A stretch of DNA of 64,000 nt, taken from positions 1 through 64,000 of IMG/VR virus record IMGVR_UViG_3300040801_004428; one strand, written 5' to 3'. Positions within the stretch are counted from its first letter, which is position 1. Every line of letters starts with the position of its first letter. The stretch comes from a virus. Positions 39,878 through 48,897 of the stretch are shown piece after piece. The notes under the pieces were generated by a model that worked only from the letters and a program-made list of their open reading frames with translations, made no database searches and was not told the DNA's origin. The translations under genes were made by a program, and so were the position numbers.

Positions 39878-40357
39878 ATGAGAGTGTCACTAAACATAGG
39901 TCTCCTAGACCTTGAGTTTATCTATGATGCTATATGTAAATCCACAGGTGTAGAGGAATTCATTGATAAGCTCCTTGAGTTAGTATCTGACCCAAACGAA
40001 ACTTCAACAATGGATACTTTCGCCTGGCGTGGTTTTTTTCGCCAGTTGAGGGCAATCCCTTTAACAGATTATCAACGGCGAATGGTGTACTCCAAACTTC
40101 TTGTGGAAGTATCCCTGCCTGCTGAAATAATGTGGCCTCTTATAATTGAATACCCTTCACTGTTGACAGACGCTCTTACGGGGATTAACGAACGTGCGTT
40201 GAGGGAATACGGCAAATTGGATCGCAAATCTTATGATTTGCTACTCCATGGGATTCTGGACCTCACGAGGTCATACATCAATAAGAAAAAAAGACCTGAT
40301 GTGGCAAACTACATTAGGACGATAAAAACGTATTTGGAGGCAAAACATGCAGAGTAA
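39878..40357 (+). CDS. hypothetical helical protein
   Basis: 159-aa ORF. Confidence 0.65.
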   Translation: MRVSLNIGLLDLEFIYDAICKSTGVEEFIDKLLELVSDPNETSTMDTFAWRGFFRQLRAIPLTDYQRRMVYSKLLVEVSLPAEIMWPLIIEYPSLLTDALTGINERALREYGKLDRKSYDLLLHGILDLTRSYINKKKRPDVANYIRTIKTYLEAKHAE

Positions 40358-40964
40358 AATATTCTGTGTAATTGGACCAGATAGAGTTGGTAAGTCCACT
40401 CTAATTAATGAAATGGTCCACAATTTGGAGACTGAATATGGGGTGGCAAATCTACACTTCTCAGGGCCCTTGCGTGGAGACTTAACCCCTATTGATCAGT
40501 ATTTAGTCCCACTTCAGTCGTACTACCCCTATAACAACGTTGATTTCTTCATCCTCGACCGAGGACCGCAAGAAGTACTGTTTTATGAAAAGAGCAGGCG
40601 GGCTGCAAACATTCCGGGCTATTACTACCATGTGATGGAAGATGTGATGTTGAAGCTTGGCCAGCCGTTTGTTGTCCTAGTGGAGCAAAGCTGGGATGCT
40701 GTAAAACCAAGACACGAAGAAGAACTAGCTGGACCAAACCCAGGCGAGCCTTTTACGCTTGAAGAACGGAGAAGAGAGCATGAGTCATATTATGACTTTA
40801 TGTATCAGCTGCAAAAGCAGTCACGGATACATTGGATCACGGTGGACAAAGCTGCTTATGAGCAGAATCCAGAGTGGGAACTATCAAAAGATATAATCTA
40901 CACTTATGGATTTAACTACCGTAATGAAGATAGCATAAGCTATCTACCTCCCTCTCAACGTTAA
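40347..40964 (+). CDS. P-loop nucleotide kinase-like protein
   Basis: N-terminal Walker A (IGPDRVGKST), about 200 aa, with the size and layout of (d)NMP kinases. Substrate unknown. Confidence 0.45.
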   Translation: MQSKIFCVIGPDRVGKSTLINEMVHNLETEYGVANLHFSGPLRGDLTPIDQYLVPLQSYYPYNNVDFFILDRGPQEVLFYEKSRRAANIPGYYYHVMEDVMLKLGQPFVVLVEQSWDAVKPRHEEELAGPNPGEPFTLEERRREHESYYDFMYQLQKQSRIHWITVDKAAYEQNPEWELSKDIIYTYGFNYRNEDSISYLPPSQR

Positions 40965-40987
40965 ACCGCTATGGAATACATGAAACC

Positions 40988-41233
40988 ATGGTTGATACAA
41001 TCGTACGACAGTTTTACGGAAAACGTCCTATAGGTTTGGAAGAAATGTTCTTGCTTGATCTACACTACGTGTTGGATCATCCCCAATTGGAAGTTGAAGA
41101 CATTATTAGACTCGAACTAGCATGTTCCAAATGCACAGAGTCTATTCGAGATTTGGCCCTATCCATAATAAGAAAAAAATACTTGGATCTTATGTATGGC
41201 AGAGCATCTCTGCGGCGCTCAAGTTTCGCTTGA
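40988..41233 (+). CDS. hypothetical protein
   Basis: 81-aa ORF. Confidence 0.55.
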   Translation: MVDTIVRQFYGKRPIGLEEMFLLDLHYVLDHPQLEVEDIIRLELACSKCTESIRDLALSIIRKKYLDLMYGRASLRRSSFA

Positions 41234-41789
41234 AGGCGGCCGCTGGTACATAGAGTACCCTAATAGCAAAGATGAAGCGCAATCTTTATTAGAAGCAGCG
41301 TATAAAATCGCGCTGCATAAATACCTCGAAACCTCCCATTGGGGGGATAAGAGGCAAGTCATTGGTCTACAAGCCGCAATGGGCAGAATAGACCCACAGC
41401 TTAACCTCTTTTCTGCCACAGCAGCAATGTTGAGGCTAATCGAAGTATCGGCACTATACCGATATAAGATCAATAAACTTAGTTCAACCGAGGTAGAGGT
41501 TGAATTTAAGTCGTATAGAATCTCCCTTTGGGGACCCGCATGGACAGAGGTTCCCACCTACGTGTACGGTTTCCCCACGGAGGACTACCTCCAAGAGAGG
41601 GGATACCAATTTCTGGTCAGACCAGGAGTGTTTAGTCTGTCCAGAATTTTGCCAAAATCTAAATCGGTAAAAGTTTGGTGGAAGGTAGTCCCCGACCTGG
41701 GGACGGAGCTACGCGAGTTAAGCTTAGATCGAGATTTGCTTACCACTGGTGTACATGAGAAAAATCAGGGGATAACACTAACGTGGTAA
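41196..41789 (+). CDS. hypothetical protein
   Basis: 197-aa ORF overlapping the previous gene by 38 nt. Confidence 0.55.
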   Translation: MAEHLCGAQVSLEGGRWYIEYPNSKDEAQSLLEAAYKIALHKYLETSHWGDKRQVIGLQAAMGRIDPQLNLFSATAAMLRLIEVSALYRYKINKLSSTEVEVEFKSYRISLWGPAWTEVPTYVYGFPTEDYLQERGYQFLVRPGVFSLSRILPKSKSVKVWWKVVPDLGTELRELSLDRDLLTTGVHEKNQGITLTW

Positions 41790-41814
41790 TATAACCCAGT
41801 GAAGGGTTTTTACA

Positions 41815-43659
41815 ATGGCAGATTTAGTGAAAGGGATCGACCTAGATGATATTTTTATCGTAGGTGAAGATCCAACCGATGATATTTTAACCCCCTTTGA
41901 AGAGTTAGAACCTTCTTCTGATCCCTACCGATCTTGGGGTTGGGCCGAGATAGACGACCTACCTTGGCCAATTGAAGAAGACCTGCTTGTGCAACTTGGC
42001 GGTGATTCGTCCGTTGCTTTAATGGTCTGGAAAAGGTTGATGGACGACCAGGCCGTCAGCTCCACCTATACAAAAGTACTGCAGAATATTATCTCCCGTG
42101 AGTTAGTAGTCGAGCCGTCGATTGAAGAAGGATCAGAGCCAACGCCCGAAGCATTGGAAGTTGCGGCGTTTATTAAAAAAGAACTTAAGAAGAATAAATT
42201 TGATGCACTCACCTCCACATTGTTAGAAGCCTACATTGTGGGCATCTGCAATGTGCAACTCGACTGGAGACCAGACCCAACAACCGGAGAGTTGAAATGG
42301 GAAGGGCATGAATACATATTTCCAAGACGAATTGTGTACTCTAAAAAAGGCGAGGGCAGAATTTTAACCAAAGAAGATCCTGTCCGCGGAGCACCTTTGA
42401 GTGAATTTCCGCGGCGGATTATTACTTTTAAGTATTATCACGTGCCGACCGATCACCCCTATGGGAGAGGCCTAGGTGTGGAGCTATACCACCCCGTGCT
42501 TTTTCTCCGCCGGAGTTTTGAATCCTGGAATGTGGCAGGTGACCGACACGCCACACCGCTCGGCGTTGCTACTGTAACCCCTGATGCAACTAAGACTGAA
42601 AAAAGGCTGTTGATGAAGCAGCTGATGAATTTATCACGCCAGAAAGGGGTAGTCCTCCCTCAAGGATGGACCATCCAATTTGCACAAGGTAAGGTAGACT
42701 CCCAATTCTACGCCCAGCAAGTTAATATGTACCAAATGATTATTAACAAACTGATTGCGGGAGAAACAACCACGGGGGAACAGACCACCAGCGCGGGATC
42801 ATACTCACGCGATCGTGTTTCCATGGATCTACTAACCCAAAGAAGTAAAATGCTTTCGGATTTACTCTCCGAGACATTAAACAACACATTAATTCGCTGG
42901 ATGGTGGATCTAAAATTCGGGCCAGAGGTACCCTCCCCGCATGTGTATAGATCCTTCCCTGAACAGACAGCCTCCATTGATGTCCAATCTATGACTACCT
43001 TGGTTGCTGCTGGGTTTGAAATTGATCCAGAATGGGTTGCAGAAACCTACAATGTTAAAATCAAAGCCGCAGAGGATCCCGCCGCTGGAGGTGGTGGTGA
43101 GGCTCCACCTGATATTGGTGATGATATTGGCGAAGGTGGTGAGGTTGAAGAAGAAGAAGCACCTCCTGAAGAGGAAGAAGCCTTACCAGATGGAGACGCA
43201 ACCGGCGAAGCAGAAGACTTTTTTGGGGAACTTAACCAAGGGCCCGAAGAAGATGAAGAAGACCCCGAAGGGGAAGGAGCTACAGATGGTGAAGATCAAC
43301 CGCAGATGGAAGACTTTTTTACGGAGGTTGACCCTGCGCAAGCTACAGAAGGAAATGACCAGGCTGCTGAGGAAGAAAAAGGAGAAGAACTAACCACTGA
43401 AGAATTAATGGAAAGTCCAGAACTTAGCGGGATGGAGGTTGAAGAAACACCTCCACCCGTTGAGCCTGAGGCTGAGCCTGAGCCTGAGCCTGTCACTCCC
43501 GTTGAAGCTGAAGATATTATGCAAGCACCACCAGAAGAGGTGGACCCTGATAGTGCGGAACAGATTATGCAAACCCCACCGGAGGAGGAAGAAACAGAAA
43601 ATCTAGATTCCTTCATGGAGTTTGCAGAACTGCCGTATTCGAAAAACTTATTTAGATAA
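41815..43659 (+). CDS. portal protein (DUF935/Mu gp29-like) with acidic low-complexity C-terminal tail
   Basis: 614 aa. ..HPYGRGLGVELYHPVLFLRRSFESWNVAGDRHATPLGVATV.. resembles the portal core motif (gl...l.w.y.fk....W..f.e.fG.P). The C-terminal ~190 aa are Glu/Asp/Pro-rich. Confidence 0.55.
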   Translation: MADLVKGIDLDDIFIVGEDPTDDILTPFEELEPSSDPYRSWGWAEIDDLPWPIEEDLLVQLGGDSSVALMVWKRLMDDQAVSSTYTKVLQNIISRELVVEPSIEEGSEPTPEALEVAAFIKKELKKNKFDALTSTLLEAYIVGICNVQLDWRPDPTTGELKWEGHEYIFPRRIVYSKKGEGRILTKEDPVRGAPLSEFPRRIITFKYYHVPTDHPYGRGLGVELYHPVLFLRRSFESWNVAGDRHATPLGVATVTPDATKTEKRLLMKQLMNLSRQKGVVLPQGWTIQFAQGKVDSQFYAQQVNMYQMIINKLIAGETTTGEQTTSAGSYSRDRVSMDLLTQRSKMLSDLLSETLNNTLIRWMVDLKFGPEVPSPHVYRSFPEQTASIDVQSMTTLVAAGFEIDPEWVAETYNVKIKAAEDPAAGGGGEAPPDIGDDIGEGGEVEEEEAPPEEEEALPDGDATGEAEDFFGELNQGPEEDEEDPEGEGATDGEDQPQMEDFFTEVDPAQATEGNDQAAEEEKGEELTTEELMESPELSGMEVEETPPPVEPEAEPEPEPVTPVEAEDIMQAPPEEVDPDSAEQIMQTPPEEEETENLDSFMEFAELPYSKNLFR

Positions 43660-43662
43660 ATC

Positions 43663-46600
43663 ATGCTAGGACAAAACCGCGCCAGCGATCACAATAGCAA
43701 TATAGAATCAGCCGAGGCTCAGTCTTCAAATGATGCAAGACTAGCCTTCTGGCAACGATTAAACGAACAAATTGGGCGAGTAAACACCGGCTTAGAGATT
43801 TCCTCTGAGCTTATGAAGGAGAACTACGGCTCCGCGGCAACCCAAGTTGGTGCGTTGCTAACCCCCATGCAGTTTCTCAACTCAAAGTTGCTAGAAGTTA
43901 ATAGTAACTACAAAGCATTGGGAGTTACTGTCGAAGATGTTGCCGCATCGACGCAGTTTCATGCCGCACAGCTTACTTCCATTTTTGATCGGGCCAGAGG
44001 GTTTATACTATCCTTCCCTAATATGCTCAAGCAGGGCTTATACCGCGGGATGGATATGGAATCAACCGCAATCTCCGGCGCGGCAGGTATCGTCAGATCT
44101 GAGTTCACCAACTCAATTGACGAAGGTAAGATGATTATCTCCCAGGTGAAAGACATCGTACGTAGGGAATCAGCCCCTCTGCCTGGTGACACGCAAACTC
44201 ACATGCTGGTGGCTGAAAACACCGTGGATGATTCCTTCCGCTTGGCCAAACTAGCCGGCGTGGAGATGGAGGAAGCAAAAGACTTCGCCGCTTGGACTGC
44301 TGGTCAAATTGGTGCCATTGGTGGTGTGCAGGGCGCGAATAGTTCTGACACATTGAGATTTGCCAACGCATTGATGTCCGGTACTCTGTCGGCTAAGTCT
44401 CAGCTTAATATCGTCGAACGAAATCCAGCACTAAAATCCGCCATCACCGACACATTGAAAGAATACGGCGCGACACAATTCTACCAAATTTCCAAAGACA
44501 AGCAGATGGAAGCTATGCGCACCTTGTTGGAAAAAGCATTTCCCAAGGATCAGCTTGAGGCTTCTGCTAATACTTTAGACGGTGCGATGCAAGGCATGCA
44601 AACGGGTCTAAAATCGCTGCAAGACATGACCCGCGTGCTTGAGAAAAAGTACGATATCGAAATCTCAGTGTATTCTGAGATGAGAGAATTAGCGATGCGA
44701 GTTTTGCTACCCGCCTCGGCTGTATTGGAAAAATTCTCAGCTCCGGATTTTGAATACGACCCAATGAAGTTGCTTCAAAAAGGCCTGTCGCAACTTTATC
44801 CCTTACTCGGCGGGACTGCCAAAGATGACAGTGATTTAGTCGACATGTCAGCTAAGGAGGCCATGGGTTCATTAGGCGGATTTGATACCCTCCAGTGGTT
44901 TAATGCAAAAATGAACCGGGGTGATGAATTCTCCGAAGTGTTTGAAGATCCCGAACAAGCATTGCGTATATTCAAATCAACGCTTAATTCGTTCCAAATG
45001 GGCTGGGACGAAGCTATGTCAAGATTCACCGGGTGGTTAAAATTCACGGAGATTATACCCACCAGAAGTATTGCTAACCTCGCGGGTGAGATTCTCGCCT
45101 CGATTGTCAACTCCGTTGCGCGAGCTAAATCAAGCTTGATTCCCGTGATTAGGGACTTCATGGTTGAGTTATTCGCCTCTGTTAAGGAGAATCTCGACAT
45201 AGCTTCCATATTTAGCTTTCTGCGGGAGTTTCATTCCATCACTCAGCTATTCGACCGGTTGAAAGGAAACATAGCTAATATTCAAAAACTGCCTAGTTTG
45301 TTCTCCGGAATGGGCAAGGCACTAATCACATTGACGGGATTAATCAGCTCAGCAAGTTTTGCCTTCGGGATATTGATCCCCCTCTTGAAGTCTAAACCCC
45401 TAGCAAATAATATGCTCGGGAATGTAGCGGCTGCTCCGTTGGGCCTCGTTGCTGGGATTCAAAAAGGCTTTGGCGGAAACTACCAAGGCACGTTAAACGC
45501 CGCTAATGCAGTCCGCGGTGGTATTGGTGGCGCCCAGAACTATCTTGTCAATGAACATGACAGAATGAATGCAATGTCCGGGCAAATTGCTGGGCTTAAT
45601 CCGCTAAGTTGGTTGTTCCCTAATAAAGGGAAGGATTACAAAAATCCATTATCTCCCGGACAGGCGAGAATCCAACAAGGTTTGGCCTCCAGCGCGGGTG
45701 CTATGGGCAAGATGGCGATGATCCTCCCGGCTTTGTCAGCCATACCGGGCATTTCCGATATTCCTGTGTTGAACCAAATTGCTTCTCCCATGGGAGGAGT
45801 TGGTGCAGCTTTGCTTGGAGGCGGGTTGCAGTTGGGAAGCATGAGTGTGGGACTAGCCGCGCAGGCGGGCGGTGGAGCGGAGAAGTTAACTTCCATGTTG
45901 GGGAAGAAAAATCCACTGTTTGAGCGTCTTTCTAAGTCTCTCGGTAAGTTTGGTGAAGCTATTACGGGGATTCTTACATCTCCGGGTAAACTCATGGCTA
46001 TTGGTAAAGCCTTGACTATGTTTATGATGTGGTTCACTGTCTTTGCGGGATTCATATTTGCGATTTATAAACAATCGCCGGAGTTACAATCCGCAGTGAA
46101 GAGATTCATTAATGGTATTATGGATCTGTTTACATACCTTGATGATAGACTGCGCGTGTTTTTCAAACCTTTGGAGAGGATATTCCGCGCGGTGGGTAAA
46201 GTCCTGGCTTGGATTCTCAACAAAGTGTCAGATCTCCTCGGATTTGCAAAAGTTGATAGAGTTGACACCACTGAAGTGCAAGACCGCCTGTTGAGGGGAC
46301 AATCTCGCGCGCAGCAAGAACGCATTGATGATGCAAACGCCGCGGCGGATTCCTCCTATATGGGGTCTGCGCCTGCGCTGATTTACACAGCGGCGAATGG
46401 CTTTGTGGGTAATTTAGTCTCCGCGGCAAAGCGAGAGTCTCAGAATATGCCCACGGGATCAAATTTGGTCCTGGCTAACAGCTCGGAGACAATTCGCACG
46501 GCTGAGCAAGAAGAAGCTTTGCGACTGAAGATGGGTTACAGAGGGCAGTCTATTAACATAGAAACTATAAATATCAACGTGCATGGGATTCAATCCGAGG

Positions 46601-46680
46601 AAGGTCCACTCGGTGTGGGGAATGAAATTGCGCGGGTATTACTCACCCGGTTGAGAGAAGCATCAGAGGATCCTAGATAG
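43663..46680 (+). CDS. large virion-associated protein (tape-measure-like or ejection protein) with Gly-rich and transmembrane segments
   Basis: 1005 aa, helical N-terminal half, hydrophobic segments (LITLTGLISSASFAFGILIPLL, ALTMFMMWFTVFAGFIFAIY), Gly/Ala-rich stretches. Lies directly after the portal gene. Confidence 0.4.
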   Translation: MLGQNRASDHNSNIESAEAQSSNDARLAFWQRLNEQIGRVNTGLEISSELMKENYGSAATQVGALLTPMQFLNSKLLEVNSNYKALGVTVEDVAASTQFHAAQLTSIFDRARGFILSFPNMLKQGLYRGMDMESTAISGAAGIVRSEFTNSIDEGKMIISQVKDIVRRESAPLPGDTQTHMLVAENTVDDSFRLAKLAGVEMEEAKDFAAWTAGQIGAIGGVQGANSSDTLRFANALMSGTLSAKSQLNIVERNPALKSAITDTLKEYGATQFYQISKDKQMEAMRTLLEKAFPKDQLEASANTLDGAMQGMQTGLKSLQDMTRVLEKKYDIEISVYSEMRELAMRVLLPASAVLEKFSAPDFEYDPMKLLQKGLSQLYPLLGGTAKDDSDLVDMSAKEAMGSLGGFDTLQWFNAKMNRGDEFSEVFEDPEQALRIFKSTLNSFQMGWDEAMSRFTGWLKFTEIIPTRSIANLAGEILASIVNSVARAKSSLIPVIRDFMVELFASVKENLDIASIFSFLREFHSITQLFDRLKGNIANIQKLPSLFSGMGKALITLTGLISSASFAFGILIPLLKSKPLANNMLGNVAAAPLGLVAGIQKGFGGNYQGTLNAANAVRGGIGGAQNYLVNEHDRMNAMSGQIAGLNPLSWLFPNKGKDYKNPLSPGQARIQQGLASSAGAMGKMAMILPALSAIPGISDIPVLNQIASPMGGVGAALLGGGLQLGSMSVGLAAQAGGGAEKLTSMLGKKNPLFERLSKSLGKFGEAITGILTSPGKLMAIGKALTMFMMWFTVFAGFIFAIYKQSPELQSAVKRFINGIMDLFTYLDDRLRVFFKPLERIFRAVGKVLAWILNKVSDLLGFAKVDRVDTTEVQDRLLRGQSRAQQERIDDANAAADSSYMGSAPALIYTAANGFVGNLVSAAKRESQNMPTGSNLVLANSSETIRTAEQEEALRLKMGYRGQSINIETININVHGIQSEEGPLGVGNEIARVLLTRLREASEDPR

Positions 46681-47203
46681 GTTCATGTGTACCTCTGAGA
46701 ATAATTTCCTCGTACTTTTCCATCGGCCAGTTGTATTGGCACAGATGGTATGGAATATGGTAGTAATCAAAAGATGCAGCTATTCTACTATGTATGTGTT
46801 TTGCTTGCTCTCTATTTTGTGATCTTCCTATTTGCTGATAGAAGCAATGCTCTTCTCTCTCCACAACAAAGCATAGGTTGTTAAACCTATGGAATAGCTC
46901 CATAATGTAGTCCTCTTCAGCATTTGAGTATTCATTGTAGAATAGTGAACTAAACAGGACTGAATCCGTAATAGCTAAGTCTACTCCATGTCTTTCTAAT
47001 CTTTTTAGTTTGTTATATTGCTTCCCCGTCACAAAAGGAGTGCTAGAAATACCCCGATGTTCATTCCAAGTCAATGACTTGGCCGCCTCCTCTACATACT
47101 CCACCACTATTTCCGGGTGATGGCGCTTCATATACCCGGCAAGTTCAAGAGCTATTGTGGATTTACCAATCCCTGGTCCGCCAACTAAATTAGCTACTAT
47201 CAT
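46673..47203 (-). CDS. P-loop NTPase (kinase-like)
   Basis: ATG at 47203. Walker A NLVGGPGIGKST at the N-terminus. About 176 aa. Confidence 0.5.
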   Translation of the reverse strand: MIVANLVGGPGIGKSTIALELAGYMKRHHPEIVVEYVEEAAKSLTWNEHRGISSTPFVTGKQYNKLKRLERHGVDLAITDSVLFSSLFYNEYSNAEEDYIMELFHRFNNLCFVVEREEHCFYQQIGRSQNREQAKHIHSRIAASFDYYHIPYHLCQYNWPMEKYEEIILRGTHEPI

Positions 47204-47212
47204 AATTAAGAT

Positions 47213-47243
47213 CTCCAATTAGATTTTTTCATGCATGCCATTG
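47213..47243 (-). promoter_or_regulatory. TGn-N6-TG-A6 upstream element (copy s)
   Basis: Minus strand reads CAATGG-CATGCA-TG-AAAAAA-TCTAATTGGAG...ATG(47203). Confidence 0.45.
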
Positions 47244-47866
47244 ACCCGAATCCCAAACGAAGCGTAGAAGTCCACAATGTCTTCTACGTTTTCGGCCAAG
47301 AGGGACGTTGCGCGGATTACCGCGCCGGCGTATTCCAGTCCCGCAGCGGCCACGGCTGGGACGTAGCCTTGGACTTCGTATCTGCTCATTGGTCCGATGG
47401 TGTTGTCCAATTTGCAGGGCCATTCGTTTGCCCTGCAGTTTTCAACCAGCATTTGAGCCTCGTCACCTCGGGCGAGTACGTGAGTGTACTCCACCTTGAT
47501 CCAATCCAATGTGGGGAACAGTGGCTTCATCGAGGCCCCACCTATAAGTTCGATTAGCACTCTATCATCGATCCTCCATGCACGTAGCATAGAGGAGTCT
47601 TTATTTACCCAGATAAACTCCATTATCGAAGAGGATTTGGCAAAACCGTACCAGTCCTCCTCGTTGGATTTGCCGTCTGGCCTGATCAGCTCCGTATCTG
47701 GCCAGTGATAATCCTCCTCTCCGTACCGGCGGATGTAAGAGGCTTGATGGCCCTCGGGATACTTAGGGGCCGGCAACCACACTAGATCATCGGTTGGTTC
47801 TGCACCCTTTGTGTAAAGGTGCGAAAACTCGCACAGTTGGGCCCACAGGCATGATGAAACTAACAT
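47219..47866 (-). CDS. hypothetical protein, C.W..LC.FS paralogue family
   Basis: ATG at 47866 (MLVSSCLWAQLCEFS..). Shares the N-terminal Cys motif, W..V.Y, EWP and GY.PA landmarks with the 47908..48501 product. Confidence 0.65.
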   Translation of the reverse strand: MLVSSCLWAQLCEFSHLYTKGAEPTDDLVWLPAPKYPEGHQASYIRRYGEEDYHWPDTELIRPDGKSNEEDWYGFAKSSSIMEFIWVNKDSSMLRAWRIDDRVLIELIGGASMKPLFPTLDWIKVEYTHVLARGDEAQMLVENCRANEWPCKLDNTIGPMSRYEVQGYVPAVAAAGLEYAGAVIRATSLLAENVEDIVDFYASFGIRVNGMHEKI

Positions 47867-47871
47867 AGCTT

Positions 47872-47899
47872 CTCCAATTTGGTTTTTTTCATGCCCACC
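47872..47899 (-). promoter_or_regulatory. N6-TG-A7 upstream element (copy i)
   Basis: Minus strand reads GGTGGGCA-TG-AAAAAAA-CCAAATTGGAG...ATG(47866). Confidence 0.45.
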
Positions 47900-47907
47900 T
47901 TTGGGTG

Positions 47908-48501
47908 TTAGTAAAGAAGCTTTCTTACTATCTCCCACACTTTACTAGCCCGCGCCCTGATTATTTCATCTTCAATGTCTTCTTCAGGTATAAACGCCGC
48001 GGGTATATAGCCAGTAAGTTCGATGTTTCCCCCATTGCAGGAAACATTCGCGTTAAGTGGCCATTCAAGAGCGGGTATTCCCTCAAGCACTGTTTTAGCA
48101 AGGTCGTCGTGGAGGGTAGTCTTTACGTAGTCTACTTGAGTCCAGGCTATGTTATCATCAAAGTATTGTATATACTCATGATTGCCCGAACTTTCTAGAT
48201 AGTGGCGACCTTTTGCGTATTTCCAGGTCTTTAGTACTGACCCGGAGGTGGACTCCCACATACATTCGCAAGTTTCTTCGAATTCAAAGATCTCACTGTT
48301 GAAATCTAGCTTTCCTGTGTGCATGGCAATTGCCATATCCGCAGACATGAGCTTTCCCTTATAAAGAATCTGTCTTTTCCCCGGTGTGAGGTTTGACCTC
48401 ATGTAGAGGTGTTCCTCACTAGAGGGGGTAAAACCCTTGCCTACTACTTTCGCAGAAAATTTGCACAACTCTTTCCACGAACATTCTGAAACTTTTATCA
48501 T
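47908..48501 (-). CDS. hypothetical protein, C.W..LC.FS paralogue family
   Basis: 197 aa, MIKVSECSWKELCKFS.. . Confidence 0.65.
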   Translation of the reverse strand: MIKVSECSWKELCKFSAKVVGKGFTPSSEEHLYMRSNLTPGKRQILYKGKLMSADMAIAMHTGKLDFNSEIFEFEETCECMWESTSGSVLKTWKYAKGRHYLESSGNHEYIQYFDDNIAWTQVDYVKTTLHDDLAKTVLEGIPALEWPLNANVSCNGGNIELTGYIPAAFIPEEDIEDEIIRARASKVWEIVRKLLY

Positions 48502-48507
48502 AGGTTT

Positions 48508-48536
48508 CTCCTACGGCTTTTTTTCATGCACGCCAG
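48508..48536 (-). promoter_or_regulatory. TGn-N6-TG-A7 upstream element (copy j)
   Basis: Minus strand reads CTGG-CGTGCA-TG-AAAAAAA-GCCGTAGGAG...ATG(48501). Confidence 0.5.
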
Positions 48537-48868
48537 TGTAGCCAGGTTAGGCTGATGACCCGACTAGCGGGTCTAGTCGCCACAGCCTGTATTCTGGCCA
48601 CCTTCACCTGATCGCTATATAGGTAATTCCTCTTGGCGTTCAGGCCAAAGAAAGTTGCCATATGAGGCGCAATTGCCTCCGTAAAACTTTGCCTCGTTTG
48701 AAGGCGTAAAGTTTTGCACCCATTACGCAGGATAATCTGCGCGGCGGGGCGTGAGCTCTCAGAGAGCTCGTCTAGTGCCATCACTTCAATTGAAGTGCCC
48801 CACGGGGTACTCCCACATTCGAGTATGCTTTCAGCCACTTGGCGAAGGATTTCTTGCGAAATATACAT
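48524..48868 (-). CDS. hypothetical protein
   Basis: 114-aa ORF. Confidence 0.6.
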   Translation of the reverse strand: MYISQEILRQVAESILECGSTPWGTSIEVMALDELSESSRPAAQIILRNGCKTLRLQTRQSFTEAIAPHMATFFGLNAKRNYLYSDQVKVARIQAVATRPASRVISLTWLHWRA

Positions 48869-48897
48869 ACACTTACCTAAAGATTACTTTTTCTTTT

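Noticed and set aside
43004-43664. Lys-rich +ORF (43004..43393) and Ser/Gly-rich -ORF (43296..43664) within the portal 3' region
   Set aside because: Both are frame artefacts of the GAA/GAG/GAT-rich acidic tail of the portal gene, with no independent start signals.
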